Positions 40,901 through 53,149 of a stretch of 64,000 bases of DNA are shown one piece after another. The position numbers and the translations under genes were made by a program. The stretch covers positions 24,490,001-24,554,000 of the forward strand of contig CM114271.1 of the NCBI GenBank assembly GCA_050084515.1. The letters run 5' to 3'. Source of the DNA: Blasia pusilla. Lineage: Eukaryota. The notes beneath the pieces are model-generated. The model searched no databases. It saw only the letters and a list, made by a program, of their open reading frames with translations, and had not been told where the DNA came from. Position 1 is the first letter of the stretch, and each line of letters starts with the position of its first letter.

Positions 40901-43900
40901 TCCGGAAGAGTCGTAATGAAATCCATGCTAATGCTTTGCAAGGGTCCCTCCAGGATTGGCAAAGGACGAAGTAAGCCTTGTTTCTTGGCATAAGAAACTC
41001 TGTTTGCCTGACAGGTCACGCAAGTCTTCACATATTGAGCAACATCTTCCTTCATGTTGGGCCAAAAGAACCTCTTGGCCAAAACAGTAAGAGTGGATTT
41101 CTCCCCTTTTTGTCTCGCCAAAGGTCCATAATGACATTCCACAAACATCTTGGTCCGTAGCTTGCCTTGGCCTACATAGATCATGCTCTGCTTAAAACTT
41201 AGCAAGCCGTGTCTCAAACTTAGATTGGCCGCCTTCTCGCCCCACTTCAACTTCCCAAGCTACTCACTCGTTTGCGCATCCTTCATGTATCCTTCACGAA
41301 TCCTTCTTTCGAGGTCTGTTTCATTAGGGAAAATGGCTCTCAACACTTGTGTCGTCGATGGCATATGTTCATCCCTGCGACTTAACGCATCTGGAATGAC
41401 ATTGTCTTTCCCCGGCTTGTGGGTTAGCTCCACATTTGTCAACGCCAAGGTATCATGCCATGGAAGATGCTTTGGTGTAACGTGATCCTGGGTCTCAAAA
41501 TACTTGAGCAATATGTTATCGGTGAATACTCGAGTCTTGTGAAGTCCTAGATAGTGACGCCACTTCCTCAAGAAATGAACCACTGCGAGCAACTCTTTCT
41601 CATGAGTGGGCCATCTCCTTTCGGTGTCACTAAGATTCTTGCTCTCGTATGCTACATGTCTCCCTTTTGCACCAACATTCCTGCAATCGCAAAATCACTA
41701 GCATCAATGTGCACCTCGAACGGTTGGTCAAACTCTAGCAGCTTCAGAACTGGTTCATGCGAGACGATCTCTTTGACTTGATTGAACGCTTTATCCACTT
41801 CCTCAGTCCATGTTGTGTTGACAAACTTTGCGGTCCAATCTGTGAGAGGTTTCACTATTCCCGAAAAGTGTTTCACGTATGTCCGGTAAAATTGGACCGC
41901 TCCGATGAACCTCCTCATCCCCTTACAGTGGAAGGCGGTTCTCATTCGGCAATCGCGCTTACCTTCTCCATGTCTAAACTCACTCCATCTGCACTAACCA
42001 CATGCCGCAAGAACTTGATCTTCTTCAAACCGAACTCACTCTTATCCGCATTTGCATACAGCTTGTTTGCCCTGAGTTTCTCAAACACCCTCTTGAAATG
42101 TCGAGCGTGCTCCTCTAGTGTTTTCGAATAGATGAGTATGTCATCTATGTAGATGATCACAAACTCATCCGTCTCCTTATGAAAAATGGAGTTCATCAAA
42201 GTGGTGAATGTTGGAGGTGCATTACAAAGACCGAAAGGCATTACCACAAACTCGAACGAACCGTATCTCGTCCTACACTCAGTCTTCTCTACATCCGCTT
42301 CGGCAACCCGAATCTGATAATATCCTCATTTCAGGTCAATCTGGTTGAAATACTTGGCACCTGACAAACGATCAAAGAGGTCATCCATCCTCGAAAGAGG
42401 ATAGTTGTTCCTTATCGTCACTTTATTCAGCGCCCGGTAATCAACACAGAGTCTCAACTTTCCATCCTTCTTCTTCACAAAGAGGACGGGTGCTTCATAA
42501 GGTGACTTGCTAGTTCGGATGTAACCCCTCTCTAGGAGTTCACCCAATTGTTTCTTCAACTCAGCAAGTTCTTCTTGATTCAACCTATATGGTGCCTTTG
42601 AAGGTGGTTGAGATCCAGGTATCACCTCTATCTTATGATCAACTGCCCTATGTGGTGGCAACTCAGTCGGAAGCTCGTTAGTCAACACATCTCCAAATTC
42701 TTTCACAACTCTCTTGAGTGTTTCAGGGATTCCCCTTGAAGCTGAGTACTGATCTCTACATCTTGCGCTTGCATCATCCTCTACTTGTCTCATCAAGCAA
42801 AGGAATCCTTCCTCTAACTCGGCCAAACTCGTCCTCGTGATGGCGTTCACCAACTCCGTCTTTCTAGGAACCTCACGAACCAATCTGACGTCCGTCCGTT
42901 TTCCGTTAACCAAGACGCTCAACCTCAAAGGTCTTTGCCTTAGTTCCACCTCATATGCATCCAAGAATGTGTTCCCCAAGAATCCATTGATTTTTTCCAT
43001 GTCGCTAAGTGTGAAATTATCCTTCAACTCGAATACTCCGCATCCCATAACTAGCCCTAAAACCAGCTCTGAGGTCTGGTGGGACTTGCCTCCCGCGAAT
43101 CCTACCCTAATGGGTTCATCTGCCTTAGTGGTTGGCAATCCCAACATCTTCACGATTCTCGGGCTCAAGAATGAGTGTGAAGCACCTGTATCAACGAGCA
43201 ACATCACATCGCGATTAGCGATCTTGGATCCTAGGTAAACCAAATTGGGCGTTCTCTCGGTGACTTGGAGAGATGCATCTAGATCTCCTGCCGATAAGTG
43301 CTTAGCAGCAAACGCAATCATACTCGATTTACTAACCTTGGGCCTTTCACATTCCTTAGCCATATGCCTGGGTTCCCCACAATTGTAGCAAATCACTTTG
43401 GCGTTTATTGACTTCGGGAACATCGGCCCTCTTGGCTTCGCGTTGAGTTCCACTCGTTTCGCTGCTGGGGCAAGAGACCCTCCGTGGTCGCGCTCACCCC
43501 CATTCCAAACCCTCTTGGATGTCCCTTTGTTTTTTGGTAACTTAGAAAAACTTTTCAGCTCAGAGGGTTTTTGGTTTTGGACTTCATCGTCCCCTATCCA
43601 CTCCGCTAGCCTCAAAAGCTCCGCGCACGTCTCTGGAATGTGAGGCATAAAATAGAGGGCCTTTTTGGCACTCGGTTTGAGTCCACTTAAGAAGATCACC
43701 TTCTTTGTAAACTCACCCGTGGAAAGTGAGCTCATGAGTGCACTTAACTCTCGCACATAAGCACTAAGGGATCCGCTTTGGCGCAACCTCATAAGCTCCA
43801 TGCTATCGCGATACTCTTGATATTCCAGAGGGAATCGGTTACCAATCAACTCCTTCAAATCTTCCCAACTGAAAGTTCTTCCACGGCCCAGATGTTCTTT

Positions 43901-45395
43901 ACGGTGAGTCGTCCACCAGTGGAAGGCGTGATCCTTCAGAAACGTGACCGCTACAGTCACCTTGTCTTACTCATTTCCCTTTTTTGCTTCGAAATAAAGT
44001 TTGAGTTCCATTAGAAACTCGCTCACTTTCCGAGAACGCCCCATTTATCTGAATGGCATTGGCAAATTTGTCTTACAAAGCTTCTTGCCGGAACTAGAGG
44101 CTCCATTCGACTTGAGTTCTACCATCACCCTGCTCTATTCGGCCATCTGGTCCAGCATCACCTTCATCAAACCCCTCATTTGGGTATAAAAGGCAGGGTT
44201 GTTAAGTTTGGAGCCAAAGGCCCCGCGGAAAGATTTGCGTTTGAACCATGCTCTTGACTTGGACTCGGCACTTTGGGAGTTGTAATCTCTACCTCAGGCT
44301 CATGGTCCGTCATTAATTTGTCTCTCGTCTTTTTTGCTTTGACTCGTGGCTTCCTCCGTTCTTCGCCCTTGGTCGCCATTTGTGAGTCCTCCCTTTCTCA
44401 GATCTACTCCTCGTCTCTTGCATTCCTCCTCGAGCGTCGTTGTCGTCTTGCTACCTTGAGTTCTTCTCAAACGTCCAGATCTTCTACGACCACAAGTTCA
44501 CACTCATCAAGGATTTGCTCTAATACCACGTGTCCTCCGCCTACTCTCCTTGAACTTTAATCTTGTTGTTGCGGAAGCGTGTGTTCAGTAGGTCACGCTC
44601 TCAACATTGATCTGCATCCAAACACACACTCTGGTTAGTCAAGTCTTGAATCAATCAGCGCGCTAACTTTCTGAGTTCTTGTCTTGTTCTCTCATCAAGC
44701 TCAACCTTCCTTGTTTCGCGGTTTACAACATGGGAAAGTCTCAAAAGACTCGAGACAGACTTTATAGTCGGTTCAGGAATCTCAAACGGCGTTTCGCGCC
44801 TAGTGGTTCCAACTGTCCCATGGACATCCAATGAGTCCCTAACCGAGACTCCTACAAAGTGAATCTCGGTTCAGAATCTAAGTGTGGCATACAAAGTCCA
44901 CTCCCTTGGATTAAGTTTGGGTTTCAAGTTCCAACGCCAAACTCCCATTCCATACGTGCCTCTGAGACGCCGTTTCGTGCTCAAAGTGGGGATTCGTGTT
45001 CCAAGACATCTTGGAGAGAATCCTCCCTTACTAGTACTTCTGGGAATATCCAGGGTTCCCTACATTCAAGGAAAGACATCCGGGCCTCTCTAAACGTTAT
45101 GGTCCAAAACACATTCAAATTCCCCAAACGTTAGTCGTGTTCCAAAACTGGTTCTCATCTCTTTGGCAACCAACCTTCCAAGACTCAACTCATCTCAAGT
45201 CTTGGCTCGCGTTTGGTCTAGGTTTCCTGGTTGCGACCACTAACGCATGAAACGTAAAACTCTACTCCACGTTTCGTCTCTTCGACTTTTCCAATAGAAC
45301 TTTCCAAAAGCCTCTCCAAAGCGCGAACATTGCAGCGTGAGTCCACTTGAGTTCTGATGTTCCGCTTGGCTCCTATTTGGTGTTGTTTGGCGACA
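34937..45395 (-). mobile_element. Ty3/Gypsy chromovirus D, two LTRs, carrying a nested insertion
   Basis: LTRs 34937-~35920 and 44531-45395 (TG...CA), near-TSD ttagg/ttaga, Met PBS at 44517-44528. gag-PR-RT ORF 42326-43960 (LVDTGAS), RT YIDD at 41942-42247, RH and INT at 40200-41950, chromodomain at 36320-36640. Confidence 0.92.
36646..40194 (-). mobile_element. Nested, internally deleted chromovirus related to D
   Basis: ATCAC TSD at 36641-36645 and 40195-40199. Full 3' LTR 36646-37648, PPT 37649-37660. RH-INT ORF 38943-40127 and chromodomain ORF 38336-38683 (EFEVETIL..YLVKWKGY..ATW). Only ~85 bp of the 5' LTR remains (40110-40194). Confidence 0.92.
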
Positions 45396-45867
45396 TTAGA
45401 AGAGGGTCGCTTCTTCTTTTAGATTTAAAATAATTATGACCTTAACAAGTAGGTATTTGCATAAATTCTTGATGGGGAGGGCCCCACATCCATCATTTTT
45501 TTTCGGAAGTAGAAAGGCCATCCACCTCGACAATTTGATGATGTGTTATCTTGTAGTTCACTTTTTTCTAGAGTCTATTTTTTCTTTTCTTTTTCTATTA
45601 CCGCATTGGAGAGTGGACTTGGATGCTCGTTACATCTGTCATGTCTTTTAGGATAGATCGGTGAGATCTAGTAGAGGGCCTTAGTGAGTAGTGGAGGACA
45701 TGCTTAGTAGGTCGAGGATGACCTGCTGAGGCCTCGGGAAACCTGAGAGAGCAGATTTTCCGTTCGTTTTGGCTCATTTGGAGCCATTTTGAAGAATTTA
45801 CTATTTTAGATAAGTACCATTTTGAGTATATGATTGATTTTTTATTTTTGGTAAGTGGCCATTAATC

Positions 45868-46110
45868 TCCTACATGAGGTCAAGAGCCAAAGAGCTTGGG
45901 AGAGGGGAGGGATATACCTCAAGGAGAGAGAGCTTGAGAACTCATTCTCTCTTTGTTGAACCTCTTGGCATGAGGCAGCAAAGCTATGGTCTTGCTTGCC
46001 TTGTGTGTGTAACCCAAGCCTCTCATTAGGAGAGTGGGTTTTTTTTTATATTGAGAGAGACATTTGAGAGTGCACATATTTGAGAGCTATGGTCTTGAGA
46101 GATTGGATCT
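45868..46110 (+). repeat. PPT plus LTR fragment of the C/E family, inverted relative to element E
   Basis: agaggggagg-gatatacctcaaggagagagagcttgag matches ~20727-20900 directly and 46790-47061 as reverse complement. Confidence 0.8.
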
Positions 46111-46639
46111 TGATTTACAAAGAGAGAATGAGATGAGTGAGAGAGCTTCATGGGGGAGCTCGTTGGTGACTTGCTGGTTTTGTAGGTTGGGGATTATCTT
46201 CCTTGTTCAGCGGTTCATGGGAGTGTTCACCGGAGCCGGAGCCACTCATTTTTTATATTTCCTTTGCCGATTTTTTGTATGGAAGAGTGGCCCGCAGAAG
46301 CGCTGCCCAATTTTTGATAGCGATTGAGTATGGGGGCAAATTTCCCCATGCTTGTGCTCTCGGGAGCAACATATAGCTTGTTGATTTTTATTTTCACAAA
46401 TTTTACATTTTTGTTGGGAGAAATGAACGCGAAAGCCTTGCCAAAATTTATATAGGAGAAAGAAACGTTGGGCTTTACGACAATCCCCGTCAAATTTTAC
46501 TGAAATGTCCGATTCAAAATATTTTTTGACGTTGTCGTAGATCGTGAAGTTGTGCACATGTGCAATTTCGAGTCGTGGGCAAAAATTTATGGTCAATCTT
46601 GCAAAACTGCCATTGCTAAGAAATTTTAGGGTTAAATTG

Positions 46640-49600
46640 TTCAAACCCTAAACCAGCCGCCGTGTCGTGCGCATACACATCTCTACACAACATACATCGC
46701 TGTCACCGAACACACACACAAACACGGACAATCTCATGCTAACTCATGGCATCCAAATACAAAGGCAAGAAGTACCAAAATATCTCCAATAAAGTAAGAT
46801 CCAATCTCTCTCTACACCATCTCTCAAAGGTGTGCACTCTCTCTCATGTCAAACCAAACCCACTCTCCTAATGAGAGTCTTGGGTTACATTCACAAGGCA
46901 AGGGACCATAGCTTTGCCGCCTCATGCCAAGAGGTTCAACAAAGAGAGAATGAGCTCTCAAGATCTCTCTCCTTGAGGTATACCCCTCCCCTCACCCAAG
47001 GTCTCTCCATGGTAACCTATTCTCCCAAGTCACCTCCTTGGCTCTTGACCTGATGTAGGAGGTCAACTTATCCTTGAGCAACTGAAATGCTCGCTCCTGC
47101 TCATCCCCCCAGTGCCACTCGTGATCCACCTTGGTTAGCAAGGTCAGCGGCTTTGCAATCGAACTGAATCCCTTGATATATCATCGATAGAAGTTCGCCA
47201 ATCCCATGAATGCGCTAACATGGCTCACATCTGTAGCGCGTGGAATGCGTGAGATAGCCTCTACCTTTGTTTGATGAACAACAAGGCCCCCTAGGTATAT
47301 CGTATGACCCAAGTACTCAATCTGGTCATAGAAGAACTTGCACTTGCCTGGATGTAGCTTCAGCCCATGTAATTGCAATCGTCAAAACACCTCCTCTAGA
47401 TGTCGCTCATACTCCTCAACCGTGGCGCTAAAGACTACGATGCCATCAATATAACACCTAGCAAAATCCAGACCAGCCAAGATCCTATCCATCACCCTCT
47501 AAAACTCATCCGGGCGTTCTTTAACCCAAATGGTAAGAACCGCCACTCGTACAAACAATCCTTCCCATGAGGATCAATGCCCCAAAATGCCGTCTTTTGC
47601 CTGTCCTCCAATCTGATAGGCAGCTGATGGTATCCGGCTTGCAAATCCAATGAACTAAAAACCTTTGCATGGCCAATCGCATCAAAGATCTCCTCAGGGG
47701 TGGGCATGGCATACCTATAAGACTTCCTTTGCCGATTGATAGGTCGGTAATCCCCACACATCCGCCTATCCGTCCAGTTGCCATGCACATCCTTCTTGGC
47801 GGGCATGACAATGGCATATGCATACTCCCCATGTGACATCTCCACTAGTCTTGCTCCAACCAAGTCCTCACTCCTACTCTGAATCAGATCCCTCTCCATA
47901 TCACTGTACATGTAGGGTTGTCATAAGATAGGCGTATAACTCGACAACTCAATGCAGATCCCCGGTCCCTCCAACGTACCCAAATCCTCCATGCTAAATG
48001 CAAAGAAGCTCCTATAACTCGTGAGGAACTGATATATTCGGCGCTGCTCTCCTCCTGTCAACTTAGGGCCCATACCTGGCTCCCAAGTCTCCATCGTGAC
48101 TACGGTAGGACTCTCCCGAGCGGATATCGGTGGTTGCTATGGTGCAACCGCGTCTTGAACAACAACACTCGACCGCTCTCCTACAGCCAAGTGCAAACTC
48201 TGATCTCATTCACATGCATTGCCGGGAACCACGCTCGATGCTGTGGCTATCATCTCCAGGCGTACCTGCAAAACATCCCAAGAAGTCCAAGGGTGTCTCT
48301 CTCGATCTCCCCTGGTGTGTCGATCTCCTCAGGTCTCGCCCACAGCCACTACCTCCACCGTCTTGGTAGGCATGGGGCTCACCAACGCAACTGCTGTGAT
48401 CTGGTGCGATCTCATCCGACGCTACTCAGCCACTCCCAAGCTGAAGATCCGTGTCAAGCAGTTCACGTCCATCGCCTGACCCAAGACATGGCATCGTGAT
48501 GCCTCTGATACTTACGATACTTCCGTCACTCCTGTGGGAAATCCCATCGCCCGCTCTCTCTCATCGACGTTGGGCTCCACTGACCTCTAAACCTGGTTAT
48601 CCCAAACCAAGCCTGGATTGGCCTCCTTGTGTGCATAGGAAGCAAGAAAACTCACAAACGTGGGAAAGGCTGCCCGCGTCTTGCCTACCATGTTGGCCAC
48701 AGTCAATGGTGGTCGATCATCATGCCTCACTGCCTATGAGCGACGACCTGGATCTAGAATGGAATCCACTAACAAATAGGAGGGGCGCTCCACTCTCGCA
48801 TACGCCCTCCATAACACCGCATAGGGCACCAAGTTGGTCCACCATAGACGCGGGCGATGGGCTCTAGAACCTACACTAGCCGCATCCAAGAACACTGGTG
48901 GGCCGATCCACGCACGCACCTAATGAGCACTCATCATCACCCGTGACCTGGAGTCTCCTAAGATCGGCACATTCTCCAGAATGTAGGCTGGAGAACAAGA
49001 CTGGTGCTCTTGCAACTACCGTAAGACCCTCAACATCTCCCAAAACAACCTGGACCGAGTGTTAGCCAACCCGCTGCCTCGTCCAGCACTCGATTGGCCT
49101 TGACATGGCCAATCGGCAATGACCAAATCAATGGTGCCTAACCGGTCTAAGTCCTGCGCCCCCAGCAACAAAATATCCCTCGGTAGGGAACTCTGGTACC
49201 CGTGTACGGCGCACGCACACAATAAGTCGGGAAAACATAGGCGTAACAGCGCCACATGTCGTAGTGAGACGCTCCTCGCAACATCATCATTCTCCACATA
49301 CAGGTATTGCTGCACTTGTACTCTTGCCTGCAAAACAACAGCTAACCCCGTGCTAATCCCTCCAAAGTGATCTAACATTCAAATACCCTCCTCCGGGGTA
49401 CACCACACAATGGGTGTGGTATCCAAGGGTGTCATCGTAGCACTCCCTGCTACCTCGGGTTCCTCAGGAGGGTGTCATGCTCTGGTTGAAACGCCTCGCT
49501 CCATGCGGTTTGCACGTGCTCATCTGCCAATCGTCGAAGCTCCTCAATCAAGCCCCACAGCGGCACCTCTCCTCCACAAAATGATGCGGTTACCATAACA

Positions 49601-52600
49601 CTCCTCGCCATAGAAATTTTAGGAATGGGAGTATCCTCTGCATAGACATGTCCCTCAATCAAATCACTAGGCCAATTGATGGCATTGCTAAATGCTGCTA
49701 AGGTCGCCATCTCTCCTAGCCGTTGCTCAATCACTGCACATCTGAATCAAACAAGTAATGAGCTAAGGCGCCCATCACATTACTGCCATCATGGTCTGTA
49801 GGACGCTGACTCTTCCCAATAGTCCCGGGAAAACCCCATCAGGTATAACACTGCTCCACCAACCAAGACGTCGTAGGACTCTACATCAGTCACTATCGCC
49901 TTGGCTCGCACCACAGACTCATCTGTAGGATGTCCGAGGAAAATCCTCACCACAACCTCATGTCGGGTGATATACTGTGTGGTACTCGCTCCACCCAAGG
50001 ATGTCTATATCCGGAATGGACAACGCTCCACATCGGCTCTCGTCAAGCCCAATCCTCTCAATGACGCTTTCCCCAACATAAGGGGTTGCGCTCCTGAATC
50101 CAACAAGACGCGTTGCGGACTAAAAGCTCTACCTCCCAGACTCACCAACTAGAAAATCTCTCCAGCAACACAACACCAATAAGCCATGGCACACTCTATC
50201 GCGGGTCTAGTAGGCATCTCTGCCATCCTAGCAGCCGCAAACTGCCATGAATCTCACGTGGATGGACCGAGCATCCGCTCCAAGGGCAGGTCCATCACCT
50301 CCTCTGCAATCACCTCTGAACGTGATGCAAGAACTCCAACTCCACGCTCACATAGCGTAGCGGCCAGCCGAAAAGCCTCGGCGGGCGTATCCCCCAACGT
50401 CATAACATCGGAAGCAGAAAATAATCGAGTGCAGTACACAATGGTGGCCGCCCCCAACAACGTGCTCGACACATGCCCCTCCTGAGCATAAATAATAGGA
50501 GTCGTTGCACTCGCTTCTCCCATGGCCCTCCGTGCTTGCATACCAACAACATCACGAACTCTCTAGGAACTCTGATCAGGACCCATCGATGGGGTCCTCA
50601 TCGCCTCGGACAACGTGAAAGACTGAGGAAGCCTAGTCTATTTCTTGGCTCCCCTTCACTGTGGATCCAACTCTATGGCTGCTCCATGCATCACAATTGC
50701 GGCAACCTCCATCTGGGCAACCCCGCACATCCAACCAGGACCCTCCATATCTCTGGCTGCTCCATATGATGTCGATGCCACGGATGGGGCATCGGGTAAT
50801 CTCAATGTCATAGCAGCAATCTGCTCATGTAGCTGATGTATCTGAGCAACCATCCTAGCCTCACACTTTGCATCTCCCTCAACGCGTCTAGGTGGTAGGA
50901 CTCTACCTCCTCCACGGGCAGCTCTACCACCCTGTCGGGAAACTCCAGCTCCTCATCCCCCAACGCGACCACCTAGTGCATGATCTCTAGGCCCACCTGG
51001 ACTGGCTACTCGCTCTGGCCCTCGGTCCGGACATAACTCAAGATGTAAACTGAAACACCTGGCGCGTGTATTACCATACCTTTAACAATAGTCACACTGA
51101 TAACCTCCTGGTGCACCACCATCTCCTCCTCCATGCAGAGGCACACGTCCATGACCCTAACGAGTGCAATCGCGTTGATGATGGCTCCACCACATGACGA
51201 ACAAGTAATAGTAGGCGGCTGCTACAGAGCCGCATATGAAGGCGCAGGTCTCTGTGGCACGGCCTCCCGATATCCTCCCTGAGCTCGTAGTGCCACAGTC
51301 AACCTATCTCAGAGTCCACGTTGCTGCACAGGTAGTGCAGACAATCGTGACTGCTCTCGCCCAGAACCCATGGTGGCTACACTCTCCTCCGCCATGTTGC
51401 GCTCAATGTTCTCGATGGTCTTGAAAACATCTCTCAACGTACGGGAGGTGTTCATAAGAAGCACCCCCTCCCGCACTCGTGTCCGCAGGGTCCGATCCAA
51501 CATCACATACAATGATTGGATAGCCTGAGCCTCTGTCACCCCTTGAGTGACGTTGATCAACCGGCGCAAGCGAGTGTAAGCCTCACGAAAACTCTCACCG
51601 GGGCGCCTCTGGAAGTCGTGGATGCTCCGCAACTTCTCCGTCCGTACCCTGTGGTACTTGGCCCTCAACTCAGCAAAGAACTCAACCTCAGCGTTGAACG
51701 TGGGACGAACCCGAATAGACGGTGCAACTACTCCCGTGCGAGTGACCCCTCCTAAAACGTCACGAGTGGAAGAGGAAGTAGCCTCTCCTCACTCCTCGTC
51801 CTCATCTGGGAATGGCTCCGTCCATCACACATAATGTGGGTCATAGTAGAGCCTCTACGCCTCGATGTCACGTGCATATCTCTGAGAGAACTCATGGTAA
51901 TCGTCCATGGGTGACCCTCTAAATGTTGGAACATACCGTTCCATGCTTATAACGGGTTGAACTCTCTAGAGTTCCCGGCCTGCTGCGAGTTGCACCAACT
52001 CCTAAACTCTGCTATGAAATCGTGCAACTCAATCGTGCCTACTGCACCTGAAAACCTACGGGGTCCTCTAACTTGATCGTCCATCTCGTACGCCCAACTG
52101 GTAGGACCACTCACAATGTGTGGCGATGTGCTCACAAACTCCTCTACACGCTCCCCCTCGTCTGAAGACGAAAGAGAAGGAGATCGAGGTGGTCACTCAC
52201 GTGGAGACCCTCGAAACCTCGCACCACTCCGGGTAACCCTCTAGAGCTACTCTCAAGTCTACTACCTCGCCTCTCAAAATCCTGAAAGGGCGCCATGATG
52301 GCCCTCATGCCCCTCTCACACGATCACTCTCAACCTCGCGAGTAATTCCTCAATCATTCATCCCAAACATGCGGCACTCGATCTACACTCTCCCTCCCCG
52401 AGACGTGTAACATGCAGCAACAAGCGGCGTGGTGCGGCAAATCGACAAGGCTATCATCTCATCGACAACCTACCCTCAACTTTGGACATCCCACACAGGT
52501 CTATGTCCCCTAAACCACATACATAAATAATGCTCTCAGCTTCCACACACCCAATATCCCCAAATAAACCACCCAAATCCCAGAATCTCTCACACGTGCA

Positions 52601-52780
52601 GGGTAAAGGACCAGAATGGGTAACCTGAACACATGTCGATGTTGCTCCTCAACAACTTCAAATCTTGACCCCAACTTGTTCGTGGAGACAACTCCTCCAA
52701 TCAGCAAGTCAAACTCCTCCCGTACTGACGCTGCTTAAAACTCCTTGATGGACAGTGCGGTTCCAACGGAACGGTGGAGG
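46640..52780 (-). mobile_element. Ty3/Gypsy element E: gag-PR-DNMT-RT, RH/INT deleted, partial 3' LTR
   Basis: gag fragments 51309-52135, protease RVLLDSGAQP at ~50090-50115, DNMT 48435-49390, RT 47070-47950. RT end joins directly to the PPT (46983-46993) and LTR. Confidence 0.85.
48435..49390 (-). pseudogene. C5-cytosine DNA methyltransferase domain embedded in Gypsy pol (in-frame stops)
   Basis: Motif I LDHFGGIS, IV LVIADWPCQG, VI AYILENV (~48969-48989), VIII AHRPRLWWTNL, IX ERERAMGFP, X R.HVLGQAMDVNCL. All lie in the same frame as the downstream RT ORF 47492-47911. Confidence 0.9.
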
Positions 52781-53149
52781 TGCAGTAAGAGGAGAGGAAG
52801 AGAGGAAGAGAGGAGAGAGGAGAGAGGAAACTACCTTCAACCGAAATAGATACTTTTTTTTGAAGAGAGTTTCCGTTGGGTTGAAGAGATGAAACTTTTT
52901 GTGTGAATTTTTTTGCACTTTTTTGTTCATTTATTAAACAATCCCACAGTTTTTTTTTCCTCTTCCATATTTTGGCAACCCCTGTGAGTCCGACGAGTTG
53001 CAAATTGCACAAAATTTACAAAACTGAAAAATCAGTGGAATCATAAGTGTGGAACCAATCACTTTTTCCATCCAAGGTCTGGAAAAAATCTATCATTTGC
53101 CCCGGGCTGAATAGAGTTCAAGCTCACAGTGAAGGTTGAGAAAAAAATA

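Noticed and set aside
48435-49390. Host DNMT3/DRM gene or bacterial contaminant
   Set aside because: It has no introns or regulatory domains, is in frame with RT and is flanked by Gypsy protease and RT, so it belongs to the element.
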